NCBI RefSeq assembly: GCF_057124965.1 | Contig: NZ_CM169477.1 | DNA length: 24,000 bases | Reading direction: 5' to 3' (one strand) | In this document: positions 23,030-24,000 of the stretch, piece after piece | Numbering within the stretch: position 1 is the stretch's first letter | How the letters are laid out: each line of letters opens with the position of its first letter | Translations under genes and position numbers: made by a program | The notes under the pieces: model-generated | What the model was told of the DNA's origin: nothing | What the model saw: the letters and a program-made list of their open reading frames with translations, nothing else | Database searches by the model: none

Positions 23030-23045
23030 GTGAAGGGAGTGTGAA
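23030..23045 (-). promoter_or_regulatory. CreB binding site (cre tag) upstream of cbrB
   Basis: The minus strand reads TTCAC-ACTCCC-TTCAC, a perfect match to the TTCACn6TTCAC cre tag, 48 bp upstream of the cbrB start. Confidence 0.8.
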
Positions 23046-23048
23046 GAA

Positions 23049-23714
23049 CTATGCCGTAATATCCCAACCACGCGCTTTCCACAGTTCCGGTAACTGCGAA
23101 AGATGGGTAAAGGTGGTGACTTTCGGGTGAACGATCGGCTTATTGTGCGGGTCGGCGCAGAAGTAGAACACTTCCATACCTGCGTCGATACCAGATTGCG
23201 CACCGGCAACTGAGTCATCAACCAGAATGCAGTTTTCTACATTTACATTCATCGCTTTTGCCGCATGGAACATTAACGCCGGGTCTGGCTTCCAGCGCTG
23301 AATATCGTAGCCGCTGAACAGTTTATCCGGGAAGTAGTGCAACATATTCAGCTTGCCCATAGAATGCTGCATTTTGTTATTTGGGCCGTTAGATACCACA
23401 CACATTGGCGCAGTGATCGCTGACAGGAGCGCTCCAGCCCCTTCGATGGCTTCCAGTTCTGAATCGAACAGCCGAGCGACTTCTGCACGGTAAACGTGTT
23501 CAGCTTCTGTTTTCGCTAACGTAACACCATGTTCAAGGGAAACAATATCGATAATTTCGTACAGTTTTACACCTTTGAAACGTTTGAATACCTCTTCAGG
23601 ATCGAGCGTAATACCAAATTCCTGAAACATCGTTACATATGCGCGGGAGCAAATGACTTCACTGTCGACCAGCGTACCGTCGCAGTCGAAAAATACCGCT
23701 TCTATCTGGGACAT
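23049..23714 (-). CDS. yieH: HAD-superfamily 6-phosphogluconate phosphatase YieH
   Basis: 221 aa with HAD motif I FFDCDGTLVDSEV and motif ILVDDSVAGAQSG. Confidence 0.94.
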   Translation of the reverse strand: MSQIEAVFFDCDGTLVDSEVICSRAYVTMFQEFGITLDPEEVFKRFKGVKLYEIIDIVSLEHGVTLAKTEAEHVYRAEVARLFDSELEAIEGAGALLSAITAPMCVVSNGPNNKMQHSMGKLNMLHYFPDKLFSGYDIQRWKPDPALMFHAAKAMNVNVENCILVDDSVAGAQSGIDAGMEVFYFCADPHNKPIVHPKVTTFTHLSQLPELWKARGWDITA

Positions 23715-23763
23715 GTCTTTCCTTTATCGTTAGTTTAACGTTTTCGTCATGCCAATTCGCATG

Positions 23764-23779
23764 ACGCAATCGTTGCCGT
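23764..23779 (+). promoter_or_regulatory. PurR operator-like sequence upstream of yieG
   Basis: ACGCAATCGTTGCCGT matches the PurR consensus ACGCAAACGTTTTCGT at most positions. The downstream gene is an adenine permease. Confidence 0.65.
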
Positions 23780-23880
23780 ATAAGCAAATACAATGAAAAA
23801 AAGTTATCTTCAGCCGTCCATATTGTCTCATTTTGGTATACGATAGCGACGGATTTTCCCTCCTTGTTCGGAAATAGATA

Positions 23881-24000
23881 ATGAGTCAACAACACACAAC
23901 CCAGGCTTCTGGCCAGGGGATGCTGGAACGCGTGTTTAAACTGCGCGAACATGGCACGACGGCACGGACCGAAGTGATCGCCGGTTTTACCACCTTCCTG
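23881..24000 (+). CDS. adeP: Adenine permease YieG/AdeP, N-terminal 40 aa (truncated by window end)
   Basis: MSQQHTTQASGQGMLERVFKLREHGTTARTEVIAGFTTFL, the start of YieG (AdeP), in synteny next to yieH. Confidence 0.93.
   Translation, partial: MSQQHTTQASGQGMLERVFKLREHGTTARTEVIAGFTTFL

Noticed and set aside
23659-23952. 97-aa minus-strand ORF spanning the yieG-yieH divergent region
   Set aside because: It overlaps the yieG start and the yieH start, composition is unremarkable, and it contains the likely promoter/PurR-site region.

Overview
This window is an Escherichia coli chromosomal segment running from the glmS side of pstS to yieG. It starts inside a Tn7-type transposon: the 3' end of an intI2-like class 2 integron integrase, a short DUF1819/BrxA-like fragment, then a complete Tn7 left end ending at 1140 with three 22-bp TnsB-type sites. 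Next comes a four-gene chaperone-usher fimbrial operon resembling lpf2/lpfO113, then the core locus pstS-pstC-pstA-pstB-phoU (with Pho boxes), the bgl beta-glucoside operon, yieL, yieK, cbrC, cbrB, yieH and the start of yieG. The bgl operon carries two apparently identical 1196-bp IS5-group insertions, one in bglF (TSD TTAA) and one in bglH (TSD TTAG). bglG and bglB remain intact and the leader antiterminator/terminator modules are preserved. I found no convincing new biological system. The points most worth a second look are the BREX-associated gene fragment near the Tn7 left end, the double IS disruption of bgl and its regulatory consequences, and the stacking of Tn7 next to the fimbrial island in the glmS-pstS interval. 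Family identifications come from recalled sequence knowledge, not from a search.
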